Assembly: GCA_041615815.1 (NCBI GenBank)
Contig: JBFJCP010000046.1
Location: 1-23,293, forward strand
DNA: 23,293 nucleotides
From: Gemmatimonadales bacterium
GTDB lineage: Bacteria; Gemmatimonadota; Gemmatimonadetes; Gemmatimonadales; GWC2-71-9
Direction: 5' to 3'
The number at the start of each line of letters is the position of its first letter. Position 1 is the first letter of the stretch. This document shows positions 1 through 9,273 of the stretch, one piece after another. A program made the translations under genes and the position numbers. Under the pieces are notes generated by a model. It ran no database searches and was not told where the DNA came from. It saw nothing but the letters and a program-made list of their open reading frames with translations.

Positions 1-302
1 CCCTCGGCCCGGAGCGCGCGTCCTCGGGCCATGAAAGGCTCCAGTGACGCGTGATAACAGGCCACGTGGAACTCCTCCTCGCGGGGATCGTCGGCCAGGC
101 AAACCATGTCGTTGGTCCCCTCTCGCAACGAGACCACTCGGTTGCCGCGATACCCCAGGACGGTGGCGCCGTCGCGAAGCTCGGCGGGAAGGGGGGTGAT
201 CGCCTCCGCAATCTGGCGGTCCGCGGGCTTGCCCTGGGCGCACGCCACGTGCATGGCGAGGCTGAGGCCCACGAGCGGAACGAAGAACATGGTCGCGCGC
301 AT
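1..302 (-). CDS. Secreted conserved hypothetical protein, 3' end truncated by the window edge (absent from the ORF track)
   Basis: Manual translation from ATG at 302-300: MRATMFFVPLVGLSLAMHVACAQGKPADRQIAEAITPLPAELRDGATVLGYRGNRVVSLREGTNDMVCLADDPREEEFHVACYHASLEPFMARGRALRAEG..., with no stop before base 1. GGAG ribosome-binding site upstream and a signal-peptide-like N-terminus ending A-C-A|Q. Confidence 0.8.
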   Translation of the reverse strand, partial: MRATMFFVPLVGLSLAMHVACAQGKPADRQIAEAITPLPAELRDGATVLGYRGNRVVSLREGTNDMVCLADDPREEEFHVACYHASLEPFMARGRALRAE

Positions 303-371
303 GATCCACTCCGGCATGAGACGGTTGGGTCAGGGTCTCTGGTTGCTACAGTCTCGCGGCTGTCGAGGTCC

Positions 372-401
372 TTGGCAAGCGCCTTGGGATCTACGTATGC
401 T
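372..401 (+). promoter_or_regulatory. Possible sigma70-type promoter of the S9 peptidase gene
   Basis: TTGGCA (372-377), 18-nt spacer, TATGCT (396-401), in the divergent intergenic gap. Motif match only. Confidence 0.3.
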
Positions 402-459
402 TAGCGTGCTGGTGCCCTCGCTGACCCGTCACATCCTGAAGCCGCCGGAGGTCCATTCC

Positions 460-2547
460 ATGCCACGCCGGTTACGTACCGCGTCGTCGCTCCTCGCCGC
501 CGCGTTCGTCATGTTCGCTGCGGTGCCCGTCCAGGGACAGGAGACTCAGTCCGACACCCTCCTCACGGTAGACCATTATCTGGACTGGGAACGGGTGGGT
601 GATCCCCGGATTTCACCTGATGGATCCCAGGTCATCTATACCCGGTCGGCCGTGGACAAGATGAAGGACACGTGGGAGTCCTCGCTCTGGATCATGAACG
701 TGGACGGTTCCCGGCACCGCTTTCTGATCAAGGGCTCGAGTGCACGGTGGGCACCGGACGGGACCCGAATCGCCTATCTCGCGCCGGACGAAGACGACAA
801 GACGCAGATCTTCGTTCGGTGGATGGATGCTGAAGGGGCCGTGACACAGGTCACCCGCGTCACCGAGACGCCCCGCGGGATTCGCTGGTCTCCCGATGGT
901 CAATCCATTGCGTTCATGATGTTGGTGCCGGACAAGGAATCTTGGGCCGTATCCCTCCCCGCGGCGCCGGAGGGCGCGGAGTGGACGAAGCCGCCCAGAG
1001 TGGTGCGCAAGATGCATTACCGGCAGGACCGCCGCGGTTTTCTCGAAGCCGGGTATACGCACCTCTTTCTCATTCCCGGCGACGGCGGGACTCCCAGGCA
1101 ATTGACGAGGGGCTCGTGGAACGTGGGCGAGCGGACGTACGGCATTCCATTCGGCGGCGCGTTCGACTTCACGCCGGACGGCCGCGCCATCGTGTTCGAC
1201 GGGCTGCGAGCCGACGACGCCGATCTCAAATACCGCGAATCGCATATCTATCGGCTGGATCTCGCCAGCGGGCAGATCAGCCAGCTCACCCAACGGCGGG
1301 GACCGTGGATCAACCCCGTGGTCTCCCCCGATGGCCGTCGGGTGGCGTTCACCGGATACGACTGGACGCCCCAAACGTACCGGGCGCAGCAGCTCTACGT
1401 CATCGACGTGAACGGCTCGAACATGCGGACGATCACCGGTCAGTTCGACCGCGATCCGCAGAATCTCACGTGGGCCTTCGATAGCCGCGGCCTCTTCTTC
1501 CACGCCGACAACCAAGGCTCGCGCAACGTGCACTACGTCACGCTGGGCGGAAACGTCCGGCCTGTGACGCAGGGCGAGCACGTGCTCACCCTGGGAACCG
1601 CGGCTTCCACCGGCGTGGCCGTGGGTGTCCGGACCGCTCCCCACGCGCCGCCGGATATCGTGCGGTTCGCTTTCGGGCTGCCATCTGAAGACGCACCGCC
1701 CGACATCTCACAACTCACTCGCGTCAACGACGACGTGCTGACCAACAAGCGGCTCGGTGACGTGGAGGAGATCTGGTACACCTCCACGGATGACACCCGC
1801 GTGCAAGGGTGGATCGTGAAGCCTCCGGCGTTCGATTCCACGGCACGCTACCCGCTGATCCTGCACATCCACGGCGGACCTCACGCCATGTATAACGTGG
1901 GGTTCAGTTACTCCTATCAGAATTACGCCGCCAACGGCTACGTCGTGCTCTACACCAATCCGCGCGGGAGCACCGGGTACGGCACCGCTTTTGGAAACGC
2001 GATCGACAACGGCTACCCGAGCGTGGACCACAACGACCTGATGGCCGGCGTGGACTCGCTCCTGGCGCGAGGTTACGTCGATCCCAATCGGCTCTACATC
2101 ACCGGATGCAGTGGTGGTGGCGTGCTCTCCAGCTGGGCCATCGGTCAAACGGATCGGTTTGCTGCTGCCGCCGTGCGCTGCCCCGTCATCGATTGGATCA
2201 GTTTTGCCGGCACCACCGACGTGACCATCTGGGGGTACTACCGCTTTAGTGGATACCCGTGGGACAATCCCGAAAAGTGGCTTCGGCATTCGCCACTGAT
2301 GCATGTGGGCAAGGTGAAGACACCCACACTGCTCATGACCGGTGAGCTCGATCTCCGCACGCCCATGGCCCAAACCGAGGAGTACTACCAGGCGCTCAAG
2401 CTGCTTGGCGTGCCGACGACCATGCTGCGGTTCCACGGAGAGTACCACGGCACGGGATCCAAACCGTCCAACTTCATGCGAACCCAGCTCTACATCATGG
2501 ACTGGTTCAACCAGTACAGCGGGCAAACGCGAGCGGAGCGGCCGTGA
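460..2547 (+). CDS. Secreted S9 (prolyl oligopeptidase family) dipeptidyl aminopeptidase/acylaminoacyl peptidase, ~695 aa
   Basis: Start reassigned to ATG 460 (GGAGG upstream; signal peptide MPRRLRTASSLLAAAFVMFAAVPVQG). N-terminal PD40/TolB-like propeller repeats (SPDG/WAPDG/WSPDG). Catalytic domain motifs IHGGPH, NPRGSTGYG, nucleophile GCSGGG, DLRTP (Asp) and EYHG (His). Confidence 0.93.
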   Translation: MPRRLRTASSLLAAAFVMFAAVPVQGQETQSDTLLTVDHYLDWERVGDPRISPDGSQVIYTRSAVDKMKDTWESSLWIMNVDGSRHRFLIKGSSARWAPDGTRIAYLAPDEDDKTQIFVRWMDAEGAVTQVTRVTETPRGIRWSPDGQSIAFMMLVPDKESWAVSLPAAPEGAEWTKPPRVVRKMHYRQDRRGFLEAGYTHLFLIPGDGGTPRQLTRGSWNVGERTYGIPFGGAFDFTPDGRAIVFDGLRADDADLKYRESHIYRLDLASGQISQLTQRRGPWINPVVSPDGRRVAFTGYDWTPQTYRAQQLYVIDVNGSNMRTITGQFDRDPQNLTWAFDSRGLFFHADNQGSRNVHYVTLGGNVRPVTQGEHVLTLGTAASTGVAVGVRTAPHAPPDIVRFAFGLPSEDAPPDISQLTRVNDDVLTNKRLGDVEEIWYTSTDDTRVQGWIVKPPAFDSTARYPLILHIHGGPHAMYNVGFSYSYQNYAANGYVVLYTNPRGSTGYGTAFGNAIDNGYPSVDHNDLMAGVDSLLARGYVDPNRLYITGCSGGGVLSSWAIGQTDRFAAAAVRCPVIDWISFAGTTDVTIWGYYRFSGYPWDNPEKWLRHSPLMHVGKVKTPTLLMTGELDLRTPMAQTEEYYQALKLLGVPTTMLRFHGEYHGTGSKPSNFMRTQLYIMDWFNQYSGQTRAERP

Positions 2548-2970
2548 GGGGTCGGACAGTCTGAAGGTCGGGACACGGTGGGAAGTCGACCGGCGGTAGT
2601 GACGGGGGCTCGCACCCCGCTGTCCGCCGCGTGTGGCTGCCCCGGGCTCCCACCTCCGACGGACCCTCTGACACTCGATCCTTCCCAGCCCTCCAATCGT
2701 CTGACCTTCCCACTTTTCCACCTCACCCACATTGTGTGGAAAGCCTCCGAATTCGCGTTTTGACAGATACTTATCTTCCACACCTCATCCAGAATATTAT
2801 CAGACACCCGAAGAAACACTCACCCCGGGCCTGAGTATGAGGTGATGGGGTCACGAGGGATCGGGGCTGCGGTGCTGGGTTGCTCCCGGCGTTCGGCGTG
2901 GTGAGCTTTCCAGTCGATCCGTCCGTGTTTCGGACGGGTCGATCTATCTGGGTCAATCGACGGAGGATCC

Positions 2971-4353
2971 ATGCAACGCCACATCCTGTGCGCCGGGCTC
3001 CTGGCCGCCGTGGGCCTCGCGGGGACGAGCGCCGCCGAGGCACAACGCGCCGACGGCGCAGGCTTCACCGTCCCGGTCGAGTATCACAAGCTCGACAACG
3101 GACTGAAGGTCGTGCTATCGCGCGATCCCACGGCACCCATCGTCACGGTGGCCGTGTACTACAACATCGGCTTCCGCATCGAGCCGCGCGGGCGCACCGG
3201 GTTCGCCCATCTCTTCGAACACATGATGTTCCAGGGATCCCGGAATCTCGGGAAGATGGAGTTCATTCGCCTCGTGCAGCAAAACGGCGGTGTGCTCAAC
3301 GGCTCCACTCGCTTCGACTTCACGAACTACTTCGAGATTCTTCCGGCACACAAGCTCGAGATGGCCCTGTGGGCCGAGGCGGACCGCATGCGCGGGTTGG
3401 CCATCGATCAGACCAACCTGACCAACCAGCAAGAGGTGGTGAAGAACGAGGTGAAGGTGAACGTGGTGAACCGGCCGTACGGCGGGTTCCCGTGGCTGGA
3501 TATGCCGCAATACGCCAACACCAACTGGAACAACGCGCACAACTTCTACGGTGACTTTCAGGATTTAGACGCGGCGACGCTCGAGGACGTGCGGTCGTTT
3601 TTCGATACCTACTACTCACCAAACAACGCGGCACTCGTGATCGTGGGCGACTTCGATCCGGCCAGCGCGCTTGCCATGGTGCAGAAGTACTTCGGTGATC
3701 TTCCCCCGGCGGAGCTGCCGGAGCGGCCCGACATCAGCGAGCCGCGGCAAGAGGAAGAAAAACGCTTCAACAAGCCGGATCCGTTGGCCAACAGGCCAGC
3801 GCTGGCCTTCGCCTACCACATGCCGGAACGGAATAGTCCCGAGTACTACGCGCTGGGCGTGCTGGACCAGATCCTCCTTCAGGGGAACGACAGCCGGCTC
3901 TACCAAGCGCTTGTGCAGCGCGCCGGGCTTACGGGCTCGGTGAACGGCGGCATCAACATGCTCGGGAACATGTTCAACTACGACGGCCCCATGCTCTGGA
4001 TGGCGTTCCTGTTCCACGACGCCGAGCACACGCCAGACGAGATCTTGGCGGTGGTGGATAGCGTGGTCGACGACGCCCGCACCAATCCGATGGACCGGGA
4101 GACGATCGACCGGGCGCTCGTCAAGATGCGATCGTCGCTCTACGAGTCCCTCGGTGGATTCTTTGGATTCGGGCGAGCGGACCTGCTGGCTTCGTTCGCC
4201 TTGTTTGACGACGATCCCGCTCGTATCAACCGTCTCGAGGCTGAATTCCGAAAGATCACCCCCGAGCTATTGCTCCGAACGGCTCAGGAATACTTGCGAC
4301 CAACCGCGCGGACCGTGCTCACCGTCGAGCCCGGTGCCACGGCCGGATCGTGA
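2971..4353 (+). CDS. M16 (insulinase/pitrilysin) zinc peptidase, catalytic subunit, 460 aa
   Basis: GGAGG ribosome-binding site, signal peptide, LDNGLKV, inverted zinc motif GFAHLFEHMMFQGS, NGST..D.TNY, and distal EVVKNE zinc ligand region. Confidence 0.93.
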   Translation: MQRHILCAGLLAAVGLAGTSAAEAQRADGAGFTVPVEYHKLDNGLKVVLSRDPTAPIVTVAVYYNIGFRIEPRGRTGFAHLFEHMMFQGSRNLGKMEFIRLVQQNGGVLNGSTRFDFTNYFEILPAHKLEMALWAEADRMRGLAIDQTNLTNQQEVVKNEVKVNVVNRPYGGFPWLDMPQYANTNWNNAHNFYGDFQDLDAATLEDVRSFFDTYYSPNNAALVIVGDFDPASALAMVQKYFGDLPPAELPERPDISEPRQEEEKRFNKPDPLANRPALAFAYHMPERNSPEYYALGVLDQILLQGNDSRLYQALVQRAGLTGSVNGGINMLGNMFNYDGPMLWMAFLFHDAEHTPDEILAVVDSVVDDARTNPMDRETIDRALVKMRSSLYESLGGFFGFGRADLLASFALFDDDPARINRLEAEFRKITPELLLRTAQEYLRPTARTVLTVEPGATAGS

Positions 4354-4367
4354 CGGAGGATAAGTCG

Positions 4368-5753
4368 ATGACGTGGAAAGCATTACTCGCGCTCGGCGCA
4401 TGCATGACCATGGTGCCCACCGTGGGCGTTGCGCAGCGGGAACAGCCGCCGGAGGGTGGGGAACCACGGGATTTTCGTCTTCCCGAGAAGGACACGTTCC
4501 AGTTGCCCAACGGCATGGGTGTGACGCTCGTGCCGTACGGCGCACTGCCCAAAGTGACGTCCACCCTCGTGGTCCGAGTAGGCAACGTGAACGAGACGGC
4601 GAATCAGGTGTGGTTGGCCGACGTCACCGGCGACCTCATGAAGGAGGGGACCACGAGCCGCAGCGCCGAAGACGTGGCCCGAGCCGCTGCCCGGATGGGT
4701 GGAGAACTAGGTATCGGCGTTGGTATGGATCAAACCACACTCAGTTTGGACGTGCTCTCCGAGTTCGGGCCAGACGCCGTGCGATTGCTGGCGGACGTGG
4801 TCAGGAACCCCCGCCTCCCGGGATCCGAGCTCGCCAGGATTCAGGCGGATCAGGTGCGGCGCGTCTCCATTGCCAAGACCCAGCCGCAACAGATTGCCCT
4901 CGAGCGGTTCCGGAAGGTGCTCTATCCCGATCACCCGTACGGTAGGGTCTTTCCCACCGAGGAGATGCTCCGGGGATACACCGTGGAGGATGTGCAGCGG
5001 TTTCACGCTGCCAACTTCGGTGCCCAACGCGCGCACCTCTATGTCGTGGGACGCTTCGATGCTGGCACGATGAAAGCGGCTATCCGACAGGCCTTTGGAG
5101 AATGGAAGAAGGGGAACCCGCCGAGCATCAATGTTCCGCACCCCTCATCGCGGCGGGCGGTCCATCTCATCGATCGCCCGGGGGCCGCGCAGTCCACCAT
5201 CTATCTTGGCCTGCCCGTCGTCGATCCCTCCAATGAGGACTTCGTCACCCTCTTCGTGATGAATTCACTCCTTGGCGGATCGTTCGCGTCTCGAATCACC
5301 AGCAATATTCGAGAGGACAAGGGCTATACCTACTCTCCCTTCAGCAGCATCTCGAACCGATTCCGGGACGCCTATTGGGTGCAGGTGGCGGATGTGACTA
5401 CGGATGTGACGGGGCCGGCGCTGCAGGAGATCTTCATGGAGATCGATCGCTTGCAGGCCGAACCGCCACCGGCCGCCGAACTGGAGGGAATCCAGAACTA
5501 CGTGGCCGGCACGTTCGTGTTGCAGAATTCCAGCCGGAACGGGATCATCGGTCAATTGTCGTTCTTGAATCTCCACGGGCTTCCCGACAGCTATCTCACC
5601 GGATTCGTCCAGAAGGTGCACGCTATTGCCCCCGTGGATGTCCAGCGGGTGGCGGCGCAATATCTCAGGGACGAAGACATGACGATCGTGGTGGCGGGCG
5701 ATCGAGAGAAGATCTCCGAACAAATCGCCGAGTTTGGCGAGATCATGAACTAG
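4368..5753 (+). CDS. M16 peptidase non-catalytic partner subunit, ~461 aa
   Basis: ATG 4368 follows GGAGGA. Signal peptide, LPNGM and M16-fold motifs but no HxxEH. It carries the C-terminal LLGGSFASRI...IREDKGYTY (R/Y substrate-binding pair) typical of M16B heterodimer partners. Confidence 0.9.
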   Translation: MTWKALLALGACMTMVPTVGVAQREQPPEGGEPRDFRLPEKDTFQLPNGMGVTLVPYGALPKVTSTLVVRVGNVNETANQVWLADVTGDLMKEGTTSRSAEDVARAAARMGGELGIGVGMDQTTLSLDVLSEFGPDAVRLLADVVRNPRLPGSELARIQADQVRRVSIAKTQPQQIALERFRKVLYPDHPYGRVFPTEEMLRGYTVEDVQRFHAANFGAQRAHLYVVGRFDAGTMKAAIRQAFGEWKKGNPPSINVPHPSSRRAVHLIDRPGAAQSTIYLGLPVVDPSNEDFVTLFVMNSLLGGSFASRITSNIREDKGYTYSPFSSISNRFRDAYWVQVADVTTDVTGPALQEIFMEIDRLQAEPPPAAELEGIQNYVAGTFVLQNSSRNGIIGQLSFLNLHGLPDSYLTGFVQKVHAIAPVDVQRVAAQYLRDEDMTIVVAGDREKISEQIAEFGEIMN

Positions 5754-5807
5754 ACCTGGGAAGTAGGCCCTGGGGACGGAACGCGGGAAAAACGGAACTC
5801 TCGAATG

Positions 5808-5846
5808 GCAAAGGGCGGCTCGACGATGGCGAACCGCCCTTTGTTC
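5808..5846. terminator. Stem-loop between convergent genes, probable (bidirectional) terminator
   Basis: GCAAAGGGCGG (5808-5818) pairs with CCGCCCTTTGT (5834-5844), located between the M16 stop (5753) and the korB stop (5926). Confidence 0.6.
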
Positions 5847-5925
5847 GTGCCGTGGAGCCAACAGCTTTCAGCCTGGCGCGTTCGGCTCCCTGGCCTCTAC
5901 CGCACCCAAGCTCGCCGTCCCGCTG

Positions 5926-6954
5926 TTACCCGGCCACGGTCCAGGTCCGGCCCCGCCGCAATACGCTATCCAGCGAGGCGTCTTTCACGCCTTCGGACGC
6001 CTGGCGGATCTGACCGAACACGACGTCTTCATAGGTGGGTGCGGGATCGTCCAACAGGACGCCCAGCACCATGGGGAATTCGGGGGGTTGGAGCGCGGCC
6101 AGCATGCTCGCCAGCGTGTGGTTCGTCTGGTCGTGCACGAGCAGATCTTGCTCGGCGGCGCCGCGCTCTCCGAGCGTCACGACCTCCATCTCCAACCGAC
6201 CGGGCTTGAGACGTAGTCCCTTGTCCCGCTCCTTGCCGAACACGAGCGGCTTGCCGTGTTCCACATACAGCTGTGTCTCGGGCGACGTCTTCTTCTCTGT
6301 GAAATCGCCAAAGACGTTGTCGTTGTACACAATGCAGTTCTGGAAGATCTCCACGAACGATGTGCCGCGGTGGGCGTGCGCCCGTCGCAAGATCTCGACC
6401 TCTTCCTTTTGATACGTGTCGATGGCCCGTGCGACGAAGCGAGCGCCGGCTCCGAGCGCGAAGGTGCAGGGAAGCACCGGGCGGTCCACCGATCCCAAGG
6501 GGGTGGACGGAGACCGCGTGCCGATGCGCGACGTGGGAGAGTACTGTCCCTTGGTCAGTCCGTAGATCTCGTTGTTGAACAAGATGATTTGGAGGTCCAC
6601 GTTGCGTCGCAGGACGTGCAGGAGGTGATTGCCGCCAATGCTGAGCCCGTCTCCGTCTCCGGTGATCACCCACACGTCGAGCGCGGGATTGGCCAGCTTG
6701 AGACCCGTGGCGATCGCCGGGGCCCGGCCATGAATCGTGTGGAAGCCGTAGGTGGACATGTAGTACGGAAACCGCGAAGAGCAACCGATCCCGGAGACGA
6801 AGACGGTGTTGTGTCGCGTGGCGCCCACATCCGCCAGCGTTTTCTGAACCGCTTTGAGAATCGCGTAATCTCCACATCCGGGACACCACCGCACTTCCTG
6901 GTCGGACGCGAAATCCTTGGCGCTCAGCTTGTCGGGGGGTGTGGCGATCGTCAT
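5926..6954 (-). CDS. korB: 2-oxoacid:ferredoxin oxidoreductase beta subunit (TPP-binding), 342 aa
   Basis: WCPGCGD, SGIGCSSR, HTIHGR, TPP motif GDGD...NN, YGLTKGQYSPT and Q.C motifs. ATGA overlap with the alpha subunit. Confidence 0.93.
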   Translation of the reverse strand: MTIATPPDKLSAKDFASDQEVRWCPGCGDYAILKAVQKTLADVGATRHNTVFVSGIGCSSRFPYYMSTYGFHTIHGRAPAIATGLKLANPALDVWVITGDGDGLSIGGNHLLHVLRRNVDLQIILFNNEIYGLTKGQYSPTSRIGTRSPSTPLGSVDRPVLPCTFALGAGARFVARAIDTYQKEEVEILRRAHAHRGTSFVEIFQNCIVYNDNVFGDFTEKKTSPETQLYVEHGKPLVFGKERDKGLRLKPGRLEMEVVTLGERGAAEQDLLVHDQTNHTLASMLAALQPPEFPMVLGVLLDDPAPTYEDVVFGQIRQASEGVKDASLDSVLRRGRTWTVAG

Positions 6955-8825
6955 GACGTACGCTCCAGCCGTGCGCGGATCGCCTCCAGGATCTCGACGA
7001 TCTTGAACGGCTTTCCCTGCACTTTGTTGAGTCCTTCCGCCGGTAGTAGAAACGTGCTTCGCAGAATGGTGACCAGCTGTCCGGCGTTCATCTCCGGCAC
7101 GAGCACTCGGTCGAAGTTGCCCAGCAGCTCACCGAGATTGCGGGGAAACGGATGGAGATATCGCAAATGAATGTGAGACACGTCGTACCCTTCGTCTCGT
7201 GCCCGCTTCACCGCGCGATTGACGGGCCCGTACGTGGATCCCCAACCCACGACCGCCATCGCGCCGCGCTCCTTGCCCACCGCCACCGATTGGAGCGGGA
7301 TGTCGTTGGCGATACCGTCCACCTTGGCGGCACGGACGTCCGTCATGCGCTGGTGGTTGGCCGGGTCGTAGGAGATGTGCCCGCTGTCGTAATCCTTCTC
7401 GATGCCGCCAATCCGATGCTCGAGGCCCGGAGTGCCCGGCGGTGTCCACGGGCGAGCGAGTGTCTCGTCGTTTCGAAGGAATGGATGGAACCCCTCGGGG
7501 TCGCCGCGGAACGCAACCGGAAACGTCGGCAGTTCCCGCTCTTCCGGAATCAACCACGGCTCCGCGGCGTTGGCGAGAAACCCGTCGGTGAGCAGATAAA
7601 CCGGTGTCATGTACTTCGTGGCGAGTCGTACCGCCTCCATGGCAGTCTCGAAGCAGTCCGCCGAGGTGGCGGCTGCGATCACTGGCACGGGCGTGTCCGC
7701 GTTGCGGCCGTAGACCGCCTGGTAGAGATCGGACTGTTCTGTCTTGGTGGGCAACCCCGTGGATGGACCGGCCCGCTGACTGTTCACGACGATCAGTGGA
7801 AGCTCCGTGCCCACTGCCAGACCGATGGCCTCGGTCTTGAGGGCGATGCCGGGGCCTGAGCTCGAGGTCACCCCCAATGCCCCACCATACGACGCCCCGA
7901 TCGCCGAACAGACTGCCGCGATCTCGTCTTCCGCTTGGAACGTGACGACGCCAAACGGCTTCAGGGCTGCCAGCACGTGGAGCAGTGGCGACGCCGGTGT
8001 GATGGGATACGAGCCGAAGACGAGACGCTCGAGACCGGCGGCTCGGACCCCGGCGAGCAGACCCCACGCCAGCGCTTCCGTCCCCGTCACCGTCCGGTAG
8101 ATCCCCGGTGGCACCTCCGCTGGGGCCACCGTGTAGCCGAGCACGCCGCTGGGCATCTCGGCGGTCTCGCCAAAGGCATGCCCGGCGTTGATGGCCGCGA
8201 TGTTCGCTTCCGCGATCTCGGGTTTCTTGGCAAACTTTCGCTTGAGCCATTCGATCGTGGCAGTCCGATCCCGATCGAACATCCAGAGCATGAGACCGAG
8301 CGTCCACATGTTCCTGGACCGGAGGGCCTCCTTCTGGCTCAACTCGAACTGCTTCACGGCCTCTAGCGTGTGCCTGGAGATGTCCAGCTTCAACACCTGA
8401 TACGGGGCCAACGAATCGTCCTCGATCGGGTTCGACTCGAATCCCGCCTTGCTCAGATTCCGATCGCTGAAGGAGCCGGTATCCAATACCACCAGTCCAC
8501 CGATGCGCAGATCCTCGAGGTTGACCTTGAGCGCCGCCGGGTTGAGCGCCACCAACACATCCAGATCATCCCCGGCCGTCATGATGTCCTGCGATCCGAA
8601 ATGAATCTGGAACGCCGAGACGCCGTAGGTCGTCCCGGCGGGTGCCCGAATCTCGGCGGGATAGTCCGGAAACGTCGCGAGGTCATTCCCGATGAGTGCA
8701 GTCTCGAGCGTGAATTGGGAGCCGGTGAGCTGCATGCCGTCCCCCGAATCGCCCGCGAACCGGATGACGACGGAATCGCGAAGCTCTCGATCCCCATGTG
8801 TGGATGGTGGCGAGGTGACTGTCAT
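6951..8825 (-). CDS. korA: 2-oxoacid:acceptor oxidoreductase alpha subunit (gamma-alpha fusion), ~624 aa
   Basis: IRFAGDSGDGMQLTG, PAEIRAPAGT, YPITP, QAEDEIAA, QRAGPSTGLPTK and PEMN motifs. Start reassigned to ATG 8825 (MTVTSP). Substrate specificity cannot be read with certainty. Confidence 0.92.
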   Translation of the reverse strand: MTVTSPPSTHGDRELRDSVVIRFAGDSGDGMQLTGSQFTLETALIGNDLATFPDYPAEIRAPAGTTYGVSAFQIHFGSQDIMTAGDDLDVLVALNPAALKVNLEDLRIGGLVVLDTGSFSDRNLSKAGFESNPIEDDSLAPYQVLKLDISRHTLEAVKQFELSQKEALRSRNMWTLGLMLWMFDRDRTATIEWLKRKFAKKPEIAEANIAAINAGHAFGETAEMPSGVLGYTVAPAEVPPGIYRTVTGTEALAWGLLAGVRAAGLERLVFGSYPITPASPLLHVLAALKPFGVVTFQAEDEIAAVCSAIGASYGGALGVTSSSGPGIALKTEAIGLAVGTELPLIVVNSQRAGPSTGLPTKTEQSDLYQAVYGRNADTPVPVIAAATSADCFETAMEAVRLATKYMTPVYLLTDGFLANAAEPWLIPEERELPTFPVAFRGDPEGFHPFLRNDETLARPWTPPGTPGLEHRIGGIEKDYDSGHISYDPANHQRMTDVRAAKVDGIANDIPLQSVAVGKERGAMAVVGWGSTYGPVNRAVKRARDEGYDVSHIHLRYLHPFPRNLGELLGNFDRVLVPEMNAGQLVTILRSTFLLPAEGLNKVQGKPFKIVEILEAIRARLERTS

Positions 8826-8973
8826 GGCGTGCCCTGGTGTCTCATGCCGGCTGGTGGCGGTCTCCGCTGGCTCCTCACATGCGAAAAGTAGCGAAAACCC
8901 TGCGCGCACCGCTACCGGAGCACGTTGATGGGTGAGCGGAGGGCCCCAACGTCACACACGTCCATGCGGGACA

Positions 8974-9208
8974 TGTGGAAAAGACCCCACACCTATTGCC
9001 ATGCATTCTGCGAATGACAACGGCGCGCCACGACAAGTCGTGCACACGCCGCCGCCTATGATGCCACCGTTCCTCACAGCAAAGAATTCCAACAAACCAC
9101 ATTCGTGTGGAGCACGGTGCGGGGAACTTCTCCACAAATCCACACGTCGTGGAAAGACGGCGGAAAGCCACTTCCCGCGGGTGGTTACCGTCCACACGCT
9201 CACCCACA
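8974..9208. promoter_or_regulatory. Cluster of DnaA-box-like 9-mers
   Basis: Eight CCACA/TGTGG cores in 235 bp, including TTTTCCACA on the - strand (8974-8982, full match to TTWTNCACA), TTCTCCACA (9128-9136), AAATCCACA (9136-9144) and TGCTCCACA on the - strand (9106-9114). Confidence 0.5.
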
Positions 9209-9240
9209 CAGGATCCGCTAACCCAAAGAAAATTCGGCGC

Positions 9241-9268
9241 TTGTGCCCTCATTGGTCAGGTCTATATT
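9241..9268 (+). promoter_or_regulatory. sigma70-like promoter for the candidate ncRNA
   Basis: TTGTGC (9241-9246), 16-nt spacer, TATATT (9263-9268). The predicted start at ~9274-9276 coincides with the first helix of the structured region. Confidence 0.55.
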
Positions 9269-9273
9269 GCCCG

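Noticed and set aside
106..459. N-terminal extensions in the ORF track (S9 from 106, korA from 8909, GH84 from 11896, TPR protein from 15091)
   Set aside because: Most overlap neighbouring genes, and the internal ATGs have better ribosome-binding sites, signal peptides, stop/start coupling or domain boundaries.
8930..9260. Calling this region oriC
   Set aside because: No dnaA, dnaN, gidA or parAB genes in the window and no clear AT-rich unwinding element. Only the box cluster is supported.
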